A stretch of 31,039 nucleotides of DNA from Candidatus Aegiribacteria sp. (GCA_046498225.1 JAWOBF010000035.1:1-31039); one strand, 5' to 3'. Positions 1 to 8,635 are shown, counted from the stretch's first letter. The notes: generated by a model from the letters alone, not told the origin. Translations and numbers: made by a program.

Positions 1-1130
1 GGGGTTCCCTCGGAGAAGGGGACGAGCATCCTCTTGTGCTTGGTGTGCTCCACCTCCCCGCCGGGCCCTACCTGCACCGCGCTGTTGAAGGTGCAGACCT
101 CCCCGTCCCGCTCCTCCCTCTCGATAGTTCCCATCAGCAGCGCTGAGTCCAGCGTGCGGGCAAGAGTGGTCCAGGTGGCGCCGTCGGCAACTTCTCTCAA
201 CGGGTACTGAAGGGTCAGCTCCGGGAACACCACCAGATCCGAGTTCCGTCCCCACAATAGGGCCATGCGTATCAGGTCCCGCCTGGTATCGTCGCTTCTG
301 TCGCCGTACTTCTCCTCCATGGACAGGTTGTGCTGGACCAGAGCGACATCCACCTCCTCCCCCCCTGCCGCGTAATCCACGGAAAGCCCGTGCAGCAGGA
401 GCAGGAGCAGTATCGCCCCGGCGGCTGCCAGGGGCCGCGCAGCTCCGGACCCGGACCCGCGCCAGCGTTCCCGGGCCAGGTAGAACAGGAGGTTGACGAC
501 CGCCAGCATGAACCCGACCCCCAGGTGTCCCCACCAGGAGGCGGACTGTATCATGGGCACCATCCTCGACTGCGTGTAGGCCAGCTCCACCCAGGGGAAG
601 GCCAGCTGGGTGAGGGAGCGGGAGTACTCCATGGCAGTCCATAGTACGGGGAACGAGAAGAGCCAGATACCCCCGCCGCCGGACAGCCATCCGAAGCAGC
701 CGGCCATCAGCGCGGTGTATAGGGCCTGTATCGCGGCCACCGCCAGGGTTATCAGCGGCACCGCAACCCAGGATAAAAGGAACCCGGACCAAACACCGCC
801 CCCTCCGCCTGTGGCCAGAACGTAGGTTTTCACCCCTATTCCCACCCAGTAGAGCAGTATGAGCGACTGAAAGAGACCGAAAACGTATCCCAGGCGGAAA
901 CCCCGCCTGAAGCCCGCGCCTGCGGTGGCCATCACCAGGGGGACCAGGCAGAAATAGGCCAGGAAACCCAGGGGAAGGGGAGGGTAGGCAAGGCTGAACA
1001 AAAGGGCGGAAAGAAGCGCGAGGCGATGGCCGCTGTCGGTTACCAGGGACCTGAGGAAGCCCGGCAGGCGGGAAAACCTCCGGCTGGAGGCTCTCTCCCC
1101 GCGGCCCTCTTCTCCGGTCCTCCTTATCAA
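1..1130 (-). CDS. lnt: Apolipoprotein N-acyltransferase (3' end runs off the window)
   Basis: Absent from the ORF track because it has no stop inside the window; translated by hand. TTG at 1130 with AAGGGG upstream. TM-rich N-terminus (LLSALLFSLAYPPLPLGFLAYFCLVPL, FRLGYVFGLFQSLILLYWV), FPWVELAYTQ, then nitrilase-domain motifs VALVQHNL, LVVFPELT (catalytic Glu), FNSAV and KRMLVPFSE (catalytic Lys). Confidence 0.93.
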   Translation of the reverse strand, partial: MIRRTGEEGRGERASSRRFSRLPGFLRSLVTDSGHRLALLSALLFSLAYPPLPLGFLAYFCLVPLVMATAGAGFRRGFRLGYVFGLFQSLILLYWVGIGVKTYVLATGGGGGVWSGFLLSWVAVPLITLAVAAIQALYTALMAGCFGWLSGGGGIWLFSFPVLWTAMEYSRSLTQLAFPWVELAYTQSRMVPMIQSASWWGHLGVGFMLAVVNLLFYLARERWRGSGSGAARPLAAAGAILLLLLLHGLSVDYAAGGEEVDVALVQHNLSMEEKYGDRSDDTRRDLIRMALLWGRNSDLVVFPELTLQYPLREVADGATWTTLARTLDSALLMGTIEREERDGEVCTFNSAVQVGPGGEVEHTKHKRMLVPFSEGT

Positions 1131-1175
1131 GCGTCCGTCCCCTTCGATATTGTTAGAACATGCGGGTGACCCTGT

Positions 1176-2180
1176 TCATATATTCACCTGCCCGCCCGGA
1201 ATCAACTCCTCTGCCCCTGACCTGACCCGTATCAGCTCCGCTGCGATGCTGACCGCTATCTCCTCCGGTGTCCTGCTTCCTATCCGAATGCCTATCGGGC
1301 AGTATACCCGTTCAAGGAAGCTGTTCGGAACACCGCTGCTTCGAAGGTCCGAGTAGACGGCGTCCCTCTTGGCCCGGCTGGCCATCATTCCAACGTATCT
1401 GAGTTCCTTTTCCCGAAGGCTGCGCAGCACCTCCGCGTCGGACCGGTGTTCCGGCGTCATTACAACGACCCAGCTGCGCTCCCCCTCCATGATGTGCCCG
1501 TGCGCCTCCCGGAATGGCGCGGTTATCCACCCGCAGTCCGGCGGGTCCTTCAGGAAATCCCTCTCCCTGGGGTCGATGATGACCGGAAGGAAGGAGAGCC
1601 CGGACAGAAGACGCGCCAGCGCTCGTCCAACATGGCCCCCGCCGGCTATGTACACAGTATCCACCGCTCCCAGCGGACCCCGGTAGCTCCATCCGCCGTC
1701 CTTGCGCGTGACCAGCCGGTGGCGGTCCGCATGGACACCTTCGGTGACCGAGAGGGTCTTCCCGGTAATCTCCAGGGTTCCGGTCCCGCCCGAACCGAGG
1801 ATTTTCACCGCGCGGCGCGCTTCCTCACTCATGGAGGGGATCATCGGTACTATCAGCGTGGTCTGGGAACCGGAGCATATCATCCCCGAGGGAACCGATT
1901 CCTCTTCGAAGCGGGAGTGTCCGTCCCCTTCCATGTGCCTGTGCACTGCCTTTTCCGGGGTTTGGTCGCCGGTTCGAAGCTTCTCCAGGGCCCTCTCCGA
2001 CAGCTCGGCCTCCATGGAGCCCCCTCCGACGGTTCCAATGGTTTCACACCGGGTGACCGCCATCAGGGACCCGGCGCTGCCCGGCCCGCTTCCCCTTGTC
2101 CCGGCCACCAGGAGAAGTGCCACCGGTTCCCCCCTGCCCAGCAGTTCCTCCACCCTTTTCCAGATACGGAGGGGCTTCAT
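1176..2180 (-). CDS. XdhC/CoxI family molybdoenzyme accessory protein
   Basis: CoxI-like N-domain (GSGPGSAGSLMAV...IGTVGGGSME, GMICSG) and XdhC C-domain (IAGGGHVGRALA, VVVMTPEHRSD, YVGMMASRAK, CPIGIRIGSRTPEEIAVSIAAELI). ATG at 2180 overlaps the upstream stop (ATGA). Confidence 0.9.
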   Translation of the reverse strand: MKPLRIWKRVEELLGRGEPVALLLVAGTRGSGPGSAGSLMAVTRCETIGTVGGGSMEAELSERALEKLRTGDQTPEKAVHRHMEGDGHSRFEEESVPSGMICSGSQTTLIVPMIPSMSEEARRAVKILGSGGTGTLEITGKTLSVTEGVHADRHRLVTRKDGGWSYRGPLGAVDTVYIAGGGHVGRALARLLSGLSFLPVIIDPRERDFLKDPPDCGWITAPFREAHGHIMEGERSWVVVMTPEHRSDAEVLRSLREKELRYVGMMASRAKRDAVYSDLRSSGVPNSFLERVYCPIGIRIGSRTPEEIAVSIAAELIRVRSGAEELIPGGQVNI

Positions 2181-3397
2181 CCCCGGGGATCTTCCCCTGA
2201 GTGCTCCTCCTCTATCTTCTCGAAATACTCCATGCACTGGCGGACGTAGCGTCTCTTCTCATCGTACCTGCCGGGGTAGAAGCTCCTCTTGAAGCCGTAG
2301 ACGATGAGGTTCCTCAGCTCGTAGCTGCTGAGGCCGAAGGTGCTCACCGCCTTGTGAAGCTCGTCGGTTACGGTGGTGTTGGATACGGTGCGGTTGTCGG
2401 TGCAGATGGTGACCGAGAGCTTCTTCTGAATCATCTTGCCGAAGGGATGGTCCTCCAGTTTCCGGAACGAGGGGTTCGTCTGCTGGTTGGAGGTCAGGCA
2501 GACCTCCACGGTTATTCTCCTGTCGGCGATGTAACCCGCAAGGGAGTCGACGTACTTCTGAGGGTCGCGGATGTAGCTGGACCGGACCGAACCGGGATCC
2601 AGAAGTGTCAGGCCGTGGCCTATCCTGTCGGCGTACAGCTCGGTGATGGCCTGATAGATGCTTTCCGGCCCGTAGGCCTCTCCCGCGTGGACCGTCTTCT
2701 TCAGGAAATGCCTCTGTGCGCGCCTGAAGGCCTCCAGGTGGTTGATGGCGGGCCAGCCGGCTTCGGAGCCCGCCAGGTCGATGCCCACCACGGGAAGCCC
2801 CTCTTCCCACCGGGCTTTGGCCACCGCCGACTCCAGCTCCAGCGAGGCCAGCGCGAAGACCCTTTCCCGGTTGGTGTAGCTGTGCATTTCGCAGAACCTT
2901 CCGTACCAGTCGGAGAAGGCGGGCGTGAAGAACCTCATGGCGCAGGCGATTATTCCGTAGTGGAAGGGAGGTTCCCGGAATTCGGCCACCTCCGGTCTGG
3001 CGTTGAACTCCTTCTCCGCCCTGCGAAGGCCGCTGTCCACGGCCCGGATGGAATCAATCATGTCCATCTCATCGCTGGCGTGAAGCTGGGGGGCGAATCT
3101 TACCTCTATGTAGCGCACGCCCTCCTTCTGGTTGTCCACCGCCACCTCGTAGCTTATTCTCTCTATCTGCTCGGCGGTCCTCATTACCGCGCCGGTGTAG
3201 GCGAAACCCCTGAGGTATTCATCCAGGCTCTGATAGCTGTCCTTGAAGACCGTTTCCCGCAGACCCTCCTCGGTGTAGGACGGAAGCTCCATGCCGGATT
3301 CCCTGGACAGCTCTATCAGTGTGGACAGCCTCATACTTCCGTCCAGATGCAGATGAAGGTCTGTCTTGGGCAGTTTCTTCAGAAATGCGCGATCCAT
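2177..3397 (-). CDS. add: Adenosine deaminase family metallo-hydrolase
   Basis: LPKTDLHLHLDGS, YIEVRFAP, VGIDLAGSE, TVHAGEAYG, RIGHG, VEVCLTSN and CTDN; the Zn ligands and catalytic Glu are present. Confidence 0.9.
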   Translation of the reverse strand: MDRAFLKKLPKTDLHLHLDGSMRLSTLIELSRESGMELPSYTEEGLRETVFKDSYQSLDEYLRGFAYTGAVMRTAEQIERISYEVAVDNQKEGVRYIEVRFAPQLHASDEMDMIDSIRAVDSGLRRAEKEFNARPEVAEFREPPFHYGIIACAMRFFTPAFSDWYGRFCEMHSYTNRERVFALASLELESAVAKARWEEGLPVVGIDLAGSEAGWPAINHLEAFRRAQRHFLKKTVHAGEAYGPESIYQAITELYADRIGHGLTLLDPGSVRSSYIRDPQKYVDSLAGYIADRRITVEVCLTSNQQTNPSFRKLEDHPFGKMIQKKLSVTICTDNRTVSNTTVTDELHKAVSTFGLSSYELRNLIVYGFKRSFYPGRYDEKRRYVRQCMEYFEKIEEEHSGEDPRG

Positions 3398-3422
3398 ATG
3401 CGGTCCCTTCCTTGGTCGGTGG

Positions 3423-4469
3423 CTAGAACAGTTCTCCCAGGCCCATCTGTATTCCCAGTCCCTCCGGCGAGAGGGCGAAATCCGCCCTCAGGGCCCCTCC
3501 GCCGGGAAGAGAAAGCCTGGCTCCCAGGCCGCCGTCGAAGTGGAACCGCTCCCACCCGAGCCCTTCCAGGTGGTCCGCCACCTGTCCCGCGTCCCCGAAG
3601 AGGACCAGGGAAACGTCGAACCGGTTCTGTTCATCGACAGCCAGGCTGAAGACCTTCTGCCTCAGTTCGAGGTTGGCCAGAAGGGTCCAGTCGCCCGCGA
3701 ACCTGCCGTCAGCGTAGCCCCGAAGGCCCGACGAGCCTCCCAGCGAGGGAATGAAACTGAACGGGGTGGAAGCGGTGTCGGTATGACGTCCCAGCCGCAG
3801 CCTCAATCCCGTCAGGGTCGAGCCTCCCAGGGGAGCGAACGCTGCCGCCGAGGCCTCCCACCGTGAATAGCCCGCTTCCCCGCCCTCCTGCAGATCGATA
3901 TTTCCGGTCAGGTAACCGTCGATGAGCGAGGGGAAGAGCCACCTTCCCTCCAGAAAAGGCCCCGCGGTCCACAGGGAGCCGTATTCCTGCGAGGGGGACT
4001 GCTCCCATAGGGGATCGCCGGACCGGTCGTAGACCACCGAGTGCCTGCCCATGATACCGGCCGTAAGCAGGAAACCGACGAAGGGGCTGAAGCTGTAGGA
4101 ACCCGCTCCCTCCAGAACTTCAGCGGCGTACTCTCCGTAGACATCGCCGGACCCTCCGTTGCCCCAGCCGAAGAACCTGTTCTCCCTGCGGGCGCTGTAG
4201 TTCACTCTGAACCTGAACAGACCGTTTCCCGAGGGCACCAGCAGCTGAGGCTCGGCGTGAACGCTGCCGTCGGTGTAGACGTAGGCCATGGTTCCGAAAG
4301 CGTAGGGACTGAATGGAGGCATCATGTTATGGTTGACCACCCCTCCCAGCAGGACGCCCGAACTGGTGCTGTAGCTGACCAGGGGGACCACCTTCCACGC
4401 GCGCAGGGGAAGCGCCAGGGTCAGCAGTGTGACCAGGGCCGCCAGTATTCCGTTTCGTTTGATCATCAT
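3423..4469 (-). CDS. Omp85/BamA-TamA family outer-membrane beta-barrel without POTRA domains
   Basis: Signal peptide (MMIKRNGILAALVTLLTLALPLRA), alternating beta-strand pattern, Omp85 lid-loop motif LGGSSGLRGY..GRF.G, ANLELR, LFGDAGQV, and C-terminal ...GLGELF ending in Phe. Start is probably 4469 (AGGCGG upstream); the ORF is open to 4505. Confidence 0.8.
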   Translation of the reverse strand: MMIKRNGILAALVTLLTLALPLRAWKVVPLVSYSTSSGVLLGGVVNHNMMPPFSPYAFGTMAYVYTDGSVHAEPQLLVPSGNGLFRFRVNYSARRENRFFGWGNGGSGDVYGEYAAEVLEGAGSYSFSPFVGFLLTAGIMGRHSVVYDRSGDPLWEQSPSQEYGSLWTAGPFLEGRWLFPSLIDGYLTGNIDLQEGGEAGYSRWEASAAAFAPLGGSTLTGLRLRLGRHTDTASTPFSFIPSLGGSSGLRGYADGRFAGDWTLLANLELRQKVFSLAVDEQNRFDVSLVLFGDAGQVADHLEGLGWERFHFDGGLGARLSLPGGGALRADFALSPEGLGIQMGLGELF

Positions 4470-4491
4470 ATCCGCCTGGTTAAGTGAGCCG

Positions 4492-4526
4492 TTTTCATCG
4501 ATCATTGTTCATTAATCATCAATTAT
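4492..4526. repeat. Five degenerate tandem 7-bp units (TTTTCAT/CGATCAT/TGTTCAT/TAATCAT/CAATTAT)
   Basis: Read directly: TCAT or TTAT recurs with exact 7-bp period in an AT-rich patch of otherwise GC-rich sequence. Confidence 0.6.
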
Positions 4527-4530
4527 AGCA
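4522..4530 (-). promoter_or_regulatory. Extended -10 promoter element (TGCTATAAT) for the omp85-add-xdhC-lnt unit
   Basis: The reverse complement of 4522-4530 is TGnTATAAT, a perfect sigma70 extended -10, about 50 bp upstream of the Omp85 start. Confidence 0.65.
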
Positions 4531-4707
4531 CACCACGGGGGAAAACGGGGGCGGTGAGGCGCGGCCTTCCCGGAACCCCGCCTGAAACCGGGAGACGCAA
4601 AATGACTATCGTATTATGATTGGGCGGAAGTACGGCTTCTCCATAATGTGTCCGTGACGTGAACAGACAGGTATATTAAACTGGAGGCAACTGAAAGCGG
4701 AGGTCCC

Positions 4708-5415
4708 TTGAAGAAGCCACTGATAGTGATCCCCACCTACAACGAGGTGGAGAACATCAGGAAGCTCATTCCCGTGCTGCTGGACCTGCCCTTGGAGCCG
4801 GACGTCCTGGTAGTGGACGACAGCAGTCCGGACGGGACCGGCGAGACGGTTCGCGACTTCGGTTCCACAGGCAGTGTCCATCTGCTCAGCCGCCCGGAGA
4901 AAGCAGGGCTTGGCCAGGCTTACGTGGCCGGTTTCCAGTGGGCGCTGGAGAGGGAGGAGTTCGACCCCATCGTTCAGATGGACGCCGATTTTTCCCATAA
5001 CCCGAACAAGGTGGTTGAACTGGTAGACGCCCTGGAGGAACACGACCTGGCAATAGGCTCCCGGTACTGCAGCGGGGTGAATGTGGTGAACTGGCCCCTG
5101 TCGCGGCTTCTTCTTTCCTGGTTCGCCAACAGATACACGAAGATGGTGACCGGCCTTCCGGTGAAGGATGCCACCGGCGGATTCAAGGCCTTCAGGAGGG
5201 AGGCCCTGAAGAAGCTGGACCTGTCCGGGATCAAGTCCGACGGCTACTCGTTCCAGATAGAGGTTACCTACAAGCTCTACAAAGCCGGCTGTTCCGTGGT
5301 GGAGGTACCCATAATCTTCGTTGACAGGCACGCGGGAACCTCAAAGATGACCAGGAGCATAGTGTGGGAAGCCGTATGGGTGGTTTGGCACCTCCGCTTC
5401 CCATGGCTCTTCTGA
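4708..5415 (+). CDS. Polyprenol monophosphomannose synthase-like GT2 (Ppm1/DPM1 family)
   Basis: IPTYNE, VVDDSSPDGT, GLGQAYVAGF, QMDADFSH, GSRY, DATGGFKAFRR, GYSFQIE and EVPIIFVDRHAGTSKM. TTG start after GCGGAGG. Confidence 0.9.
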   Translation: MKKPLIVIPTYNEVENIRKLIPVLLDLPLEPDVLVVDDSSPDGTGETVRDFGSTGSVHLLSRPEKAGLGQAYVAGFQWALEREEFDPIVQMDADFSHNPNKVVELVDALEEHDLAIGSRYCSGVNVVNWPLSRLLLSWFANRYTKMVTGLPVKDATGGFKAFRREALKKLDLSGIKSDGYSFQIEVTYKLYKAGCSVVEVPIIFVDRHAGTSKMTRSIVWEAVWVVWHLRFPWLF

Positions 5416-5429
5416 AAGGCGCTGATACC

Positions 5430-7670
5430 GTGGTTCTACTCTGCATGACGATACTGGCGGCGGTGGGGGCCGCTGATGACTGGGATTTCCAGACCACGCA
5501 GACATACATCTCCACCATGCTCGAGGACGATGAAGGCACCATCTGGTGCGCCACTTCCGGCGGAATAATCCGTTACGATCCGCTTTCCGGCTGGCTGGAG
5601 CCGATGGTCTACCCCCAAAGCCTTCCCTGGACAGGCGCCGCCGACATCCATCTGCAGGATTCCTCCATCTGGGTTGCCACCACCGGAGGGGGTCTGGCCC
5701 TGGGAAACGGTGAAAACTGGCAGATATTCTCATCCTACGAGGGTGTACCCGGTTCCGGGAACGTGCACGCGGTGCACGGCGCCGGGGGATACGTATGGGC
5801 CGGGACCGACGGCGGACTGGCCAGGGGTGACCAGGGCGGGTTCATCATAGTTGATGCGGACCTGACCGGCGGAGCCTTCACCGCTGAAGAGGTCACCGGA
5901 ATATCCAGCCATGAGAACACCCTCTATCTGGCCACCGACCGTGGAGTCTATTCACTGGACCTGGCAGGCAGCGTTTTCGACCCCGCGGCATGGACCAGCT
6001 ACAGTGGATATACCATGTCCCTGGGTATCCAGGACATATACATTCATGGACCGGATTCGGTCTTTGGTTTCGGCAGCGGAGGGGTTGCCCTAAAGACGGA
6101 TTCCACCTGGACGAGGCTGCTCAATTACTCCTCCAGCAGCGATTCGGTGATAACCGGGCTGCTGGTAACGGAGGAAGGTCTTCTGGCCTCGGGCCGGGTC
6201 GTGATGCTCTACGATGAAGGGGACTGGGTTCATTTCGGAAAGAACTATCCCAGTGAGAGCTACGGGTCGTGTCTGTATGAGATAGAGGGAAGGCTGTGGT
6301 GCGGCTACGGCCTTCGCGACGCCAACGCGAGGAACACCGGAAGAGGACTGGGATACCTCGAGGAAGGCTCCTGGAAAACATTGACGGTTCCCGGAATGCC
6401 CGCCGCCAGCTGCTACCAGATGGTCCGGGACGGCGACAGGACCTACCTGGGAAGCCATCGGGTAGGCCTCATGGCCAGCTACCCTGACGGAGAATGGGTA
6501 CTGTTCAACAACCGTACCGCGGACATGCCGCGAAGCCTTCGGACCTACTCGGCCGCCGTGACCGACGCCCCCGGAGTATGGACAGGTAGCTACAAATGGG
6601 GGCTGACCTGGATAGAGGACAGGGGGACCAGCTCCATGGAGGACGACACAATAATCACCTTCGTGGCGGATTCCCTTTCCGGGGTGACTCCGGAAGTCGT
6701 TCAGGTGGTGACACCGATGCTCAACAATCAGGTGGTCATGCTGGCTTCCCAGGAAGGCGCTCTATGGGTGGCACAGGAGGCTTTCTGGGAGACTCCTGAC
6801 CAGCCCAGCGGAATTGTGGCGGTGGCGGGGAACCCGGAGGAGGAACTGCAGTGGGCGGTGAGGACCGAGGCCGACGGTCTGGCCAGGAAGAACGTCCTGA
6901 GCGTTTTTCCCTGCGGCGATGACAGCCTGTGGATAGCTTTCCCCTCCGACGGGGGCTGCCAGCTTCTGGTTCACGGAGGGAATCCCGTCGACAAATCATC
7001 GGACACCTGGTACCCCGGCCCGGGAGAGGTCTATTCCACCGCATGGGGCCTTCCGTCGAACCAGGTATTCAGTTTTACCAGGGATTCCGATGGCAGCATA
7101 CTGGTGGGCACCGGCAACGGCCTGTGCCGATGGAACGGCACCAGGTTCAATGAGACCGGCGGGGTGACCGGGGCGGTAAAAGCCGTGGAGGCCGACGATT
7201 CCGGTACGGTGTGGTGCTTGACGGAGGACGCCGTCTATTCCGTAGGCGACGCAGGCACAACGGTCTACAACTCCTCCAATTCAGTATACATGCCGGCCAG
7301 CAGGACGGAGGCCGAGTTCAGCTACAGGGACCCCGCAGACGGAACCGTCTATTTTTCGTCCCTCATAGGTCTGTGGTCCATATCCCCCGAGCAGATCAAC
7401 TATCAGGGCACGGCTCCGCTGTTCTACCCGCAGCCCTACCTGCCGGCGGAACAGCAGCTGAGGATGGCATGGTCCGGCGCCCGGGGACCGGTGACGGTGA
7501 AGTTCTTCTCGCTGACCGGGGAATATCTCGGACTGGCCGCTGCCTCCAGCTGGGAGAACTGGAGCTGGAACGGCACGATTGACGGGAATGATCTGGCCAG
7601 CGGCGTATATATCGTGCTGGTGGAAACAGAAGCCGGCTCCACGGCCCACAGGATCGCGCTGGTGAGATGA
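5430..7670 (+). CDS. Secreted beta-propeller repeat protein with T9SS-type C-terminal domain (PorZ-like, paralog 1)
   Basis: Short signal peptide; repeated blades (IWCATSGGI, IWVATTGGGL, VWAGTDGGL, LYLATDRGV, ILVGTGNGL); C-terminus FYPQPY...VKFFSLTGE...WNG...LASGVYIVLVE...RIALVR. The start is uncertain (GTG 5430 or ATG 5403). Confidence 0.75.
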   Translation: MVLLCMTILAAVGAADDWDFQTTQTYISTMLEDDEGTIWCATSGGIIRYDPLSGWLEPMVYPQSLPWTGAADIHLQDSSIWVATTGGGLALGNGENWQIFSSYEGVPGSGNVHAVHGAGGYVWAGTDGGLARGDQGGFIIVDADLTGGAFTAEEVTGISSHENTLYLATDRGVYSLDLAGSVFDPAAWTSYSGYTMSLGIQDIYIHGPDSVFGFGSGGVALKTDSTWTRLLNYSSSSDSVITGLLVTEEGLLASGRVVMLYDEGDWVHFGKNYPSESYGSCLYEIEGRLWCGYGLRDANARNTGRGLGYLEEGSWKTLTVPGMPAASCYQMVRDGDRTYLGSHRVGLMASYPDGEWVLFNNRTADMPRSLRTYSAAVTDAPGVWTGSYKWGLTWIEDRGTSSMEDDTIITFVADSLSGVTPEVVQVVTPMLNNQVVMLASQEGALWVAQEAFWETPDQPSGIVAVAGNPEEELQWAVRTEADGLARKNVLSVFPCGDDSLWIAFPSDGGCQLLVHGGNPVDKSSDTWYPGPGEVYSTAWGLPSNQVFSFTRDSDGSILVGTGNGLCRWNGTRFNETGGVTGAVKAVEADDSGTVWCLTEDAVYSVGDAGTTVYNSSNSVYMPASRTEAEFSYRDPADGTVYFSSLIGLWSISPEQINYQGTAPLFYPQPYLPAEQQLRMAWSGARGPVTVKFFSLTGEYLGLAAASSWENWSWNGTIDGNDLASGVYIVLVETEAGSTAHRIALVR

Positions 7671-8635
7671 TGGAGATCAGAAGGATAGAGGAAAGGGACC
7701 GGAAGGAGTGGACGGATTTCGTGCTGCGCTCGAACAACGGCACCATCTTCCATCTTCCGGATTTTATCGACTACCACCCTCCGGGAAGGTTCGAGAACCA
7801 CCACCTGCTGGTGGAGGACAGGGGCGGCGCGGTATCGGTGATACCCGGGGCCCTTGCCCGAAGGGATGACGGAACATGGTTCAGGTCCTATCCCGGAGCC
7901 TCCTACGGGGGGCCGGTCCTTCCCGACTCCCTGGGTCTTCGCAAGACCGAGAAGGTGGTGGACGCCCTCATCGCGTACTGCCGCCGCCGGGGATGGAAGG
8001 GTATAGAGATGACGCCTCCTCCCGTAGTGTACTACAGAAGGCCTCACAACTACCTGGAGTTCTCCCTCATCAGGAGGGGCTTCGACTACGGGAAGAGGGA
8101 ACTGACCGCGGTGATCGACCTGGCCAGACTGGGGGAGGAGTTGAAGCTCGGTTTCAGCTCGTCCGCTCTGCGGGGCGTCAGAAAGGCGGTGAAGAGCGGG
8201 GTCACAGTGAAGGAAGATCCGGATTTCACCCGTTTCTATCCCGTGCTGGAATCCAACCTTCAGCAGCGACACGGCGTAAGGCCCACCCATACCCTGGCGG
8301 AGCTGGAAGAACTGAGGAAGCTCCTTGGAGACGACAGGATAAGACAGTTCATAGCCGTGAGGGAGGGGAAGGTGCTGGCGGGAATGGTCATGTTCCACTG
8401 CAATCCCAGGGTCACCCTCGCCTTCTATATATCCCACGACCAGGCCCATCAGTCCCTGCGTCCGGTGAACCTGGTGTACATGGAGGTCATCAGGTGGGCC
8501 AAGCAGATGGGCTACCATTACATGGACCTGGGGACCTTCACCCTGGACATGGAAGTCAACTACGGTCTCTGCCGGTTCAAGGAGTCCTTCTCCGCCAGGG
8601 GCATGTTCAGGAACACCCTCCGCGGATCCGTTTAG
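7667..8635 (+). CDS. FemAB/GNAT-family acyl- or aminoacyltransferase
   Basis: Double-GNAT FemABX-like layout: EWTDFV..SNNGTIFH, SYPGASYGG, FSSSALRGVRKAVKSGVTV, RPVNLVYMEVIRWA, YMDLG and GLCRFKESF. ATGA overlap with the upstream gene. Confidence 0.82.
   Translation: MMEIRRIEERDRKEWTDFVLRSNNGTIFHLPDFIDYHPPGRFENHHLLVEDRGGAVSVIPGALARRDDGTWFRSYPGASYGGPVLPDSLGLRKTEKVVDALIAYCRRRGWKGIEMTPPPVVYYRRPHNYLEFSLIRRGFDYGKRELTAVIDLARLGEELKLGFSSSALRGVRKAVKSGVTVKEDPDFTRFYPVLESNLQQRHGVRPTHTLAELEELRKLLGDDRIRQFIAVREGKVLAGMVMFHCNPRVTLAFYISHDQAHQSLRPVNLVYMEVIRWAKQMGYHYMDLGTFTLDMEVNYGLCRFKESFSARGMFRNTLRGSV

Noticed and set aside
330..825. Short plus-strand ORFs at the window start
   Set aside because: They are antisense to lnt, which occupies 1-1130 on the minus strand.
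2201..3649. 482-aa plus-strand ORF and similar long antisense ORFs (e.g. 7436-8518, 9495-10550, 16981-18042, 23963-24967, 29179-30597)
   Set aside because: They shadow well-supported genes, have no recognisable motifs, and are expected from stop-codon scarcity in GC-rich coding DNA.
4531..4600. G/C-rich stretch with possible hairpins in the divergent intergenic region (riboswitch or ncRNA?)
   Set aside because: No recognisable Rfam-type motif, only short imperfect stems and no U-tract; an Infernal search would be needed.
5430..7670. Reading the propeller proteins as hybrid two-component sensor domains
   Set aside because: No Y_Y_Y domain, TM helix, kinase or receiver follows; both end in an Ig-like CTD.
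7876..8634. N-terminal extensions of the GT-C (683 aa), GT-B (478 aa) and RND adaptor (504 aa) ORFs suggesting fusions
   Set aside because: Each extension lies inside the preceding gene in another frame; the real starts overlap the upstream stop codons.
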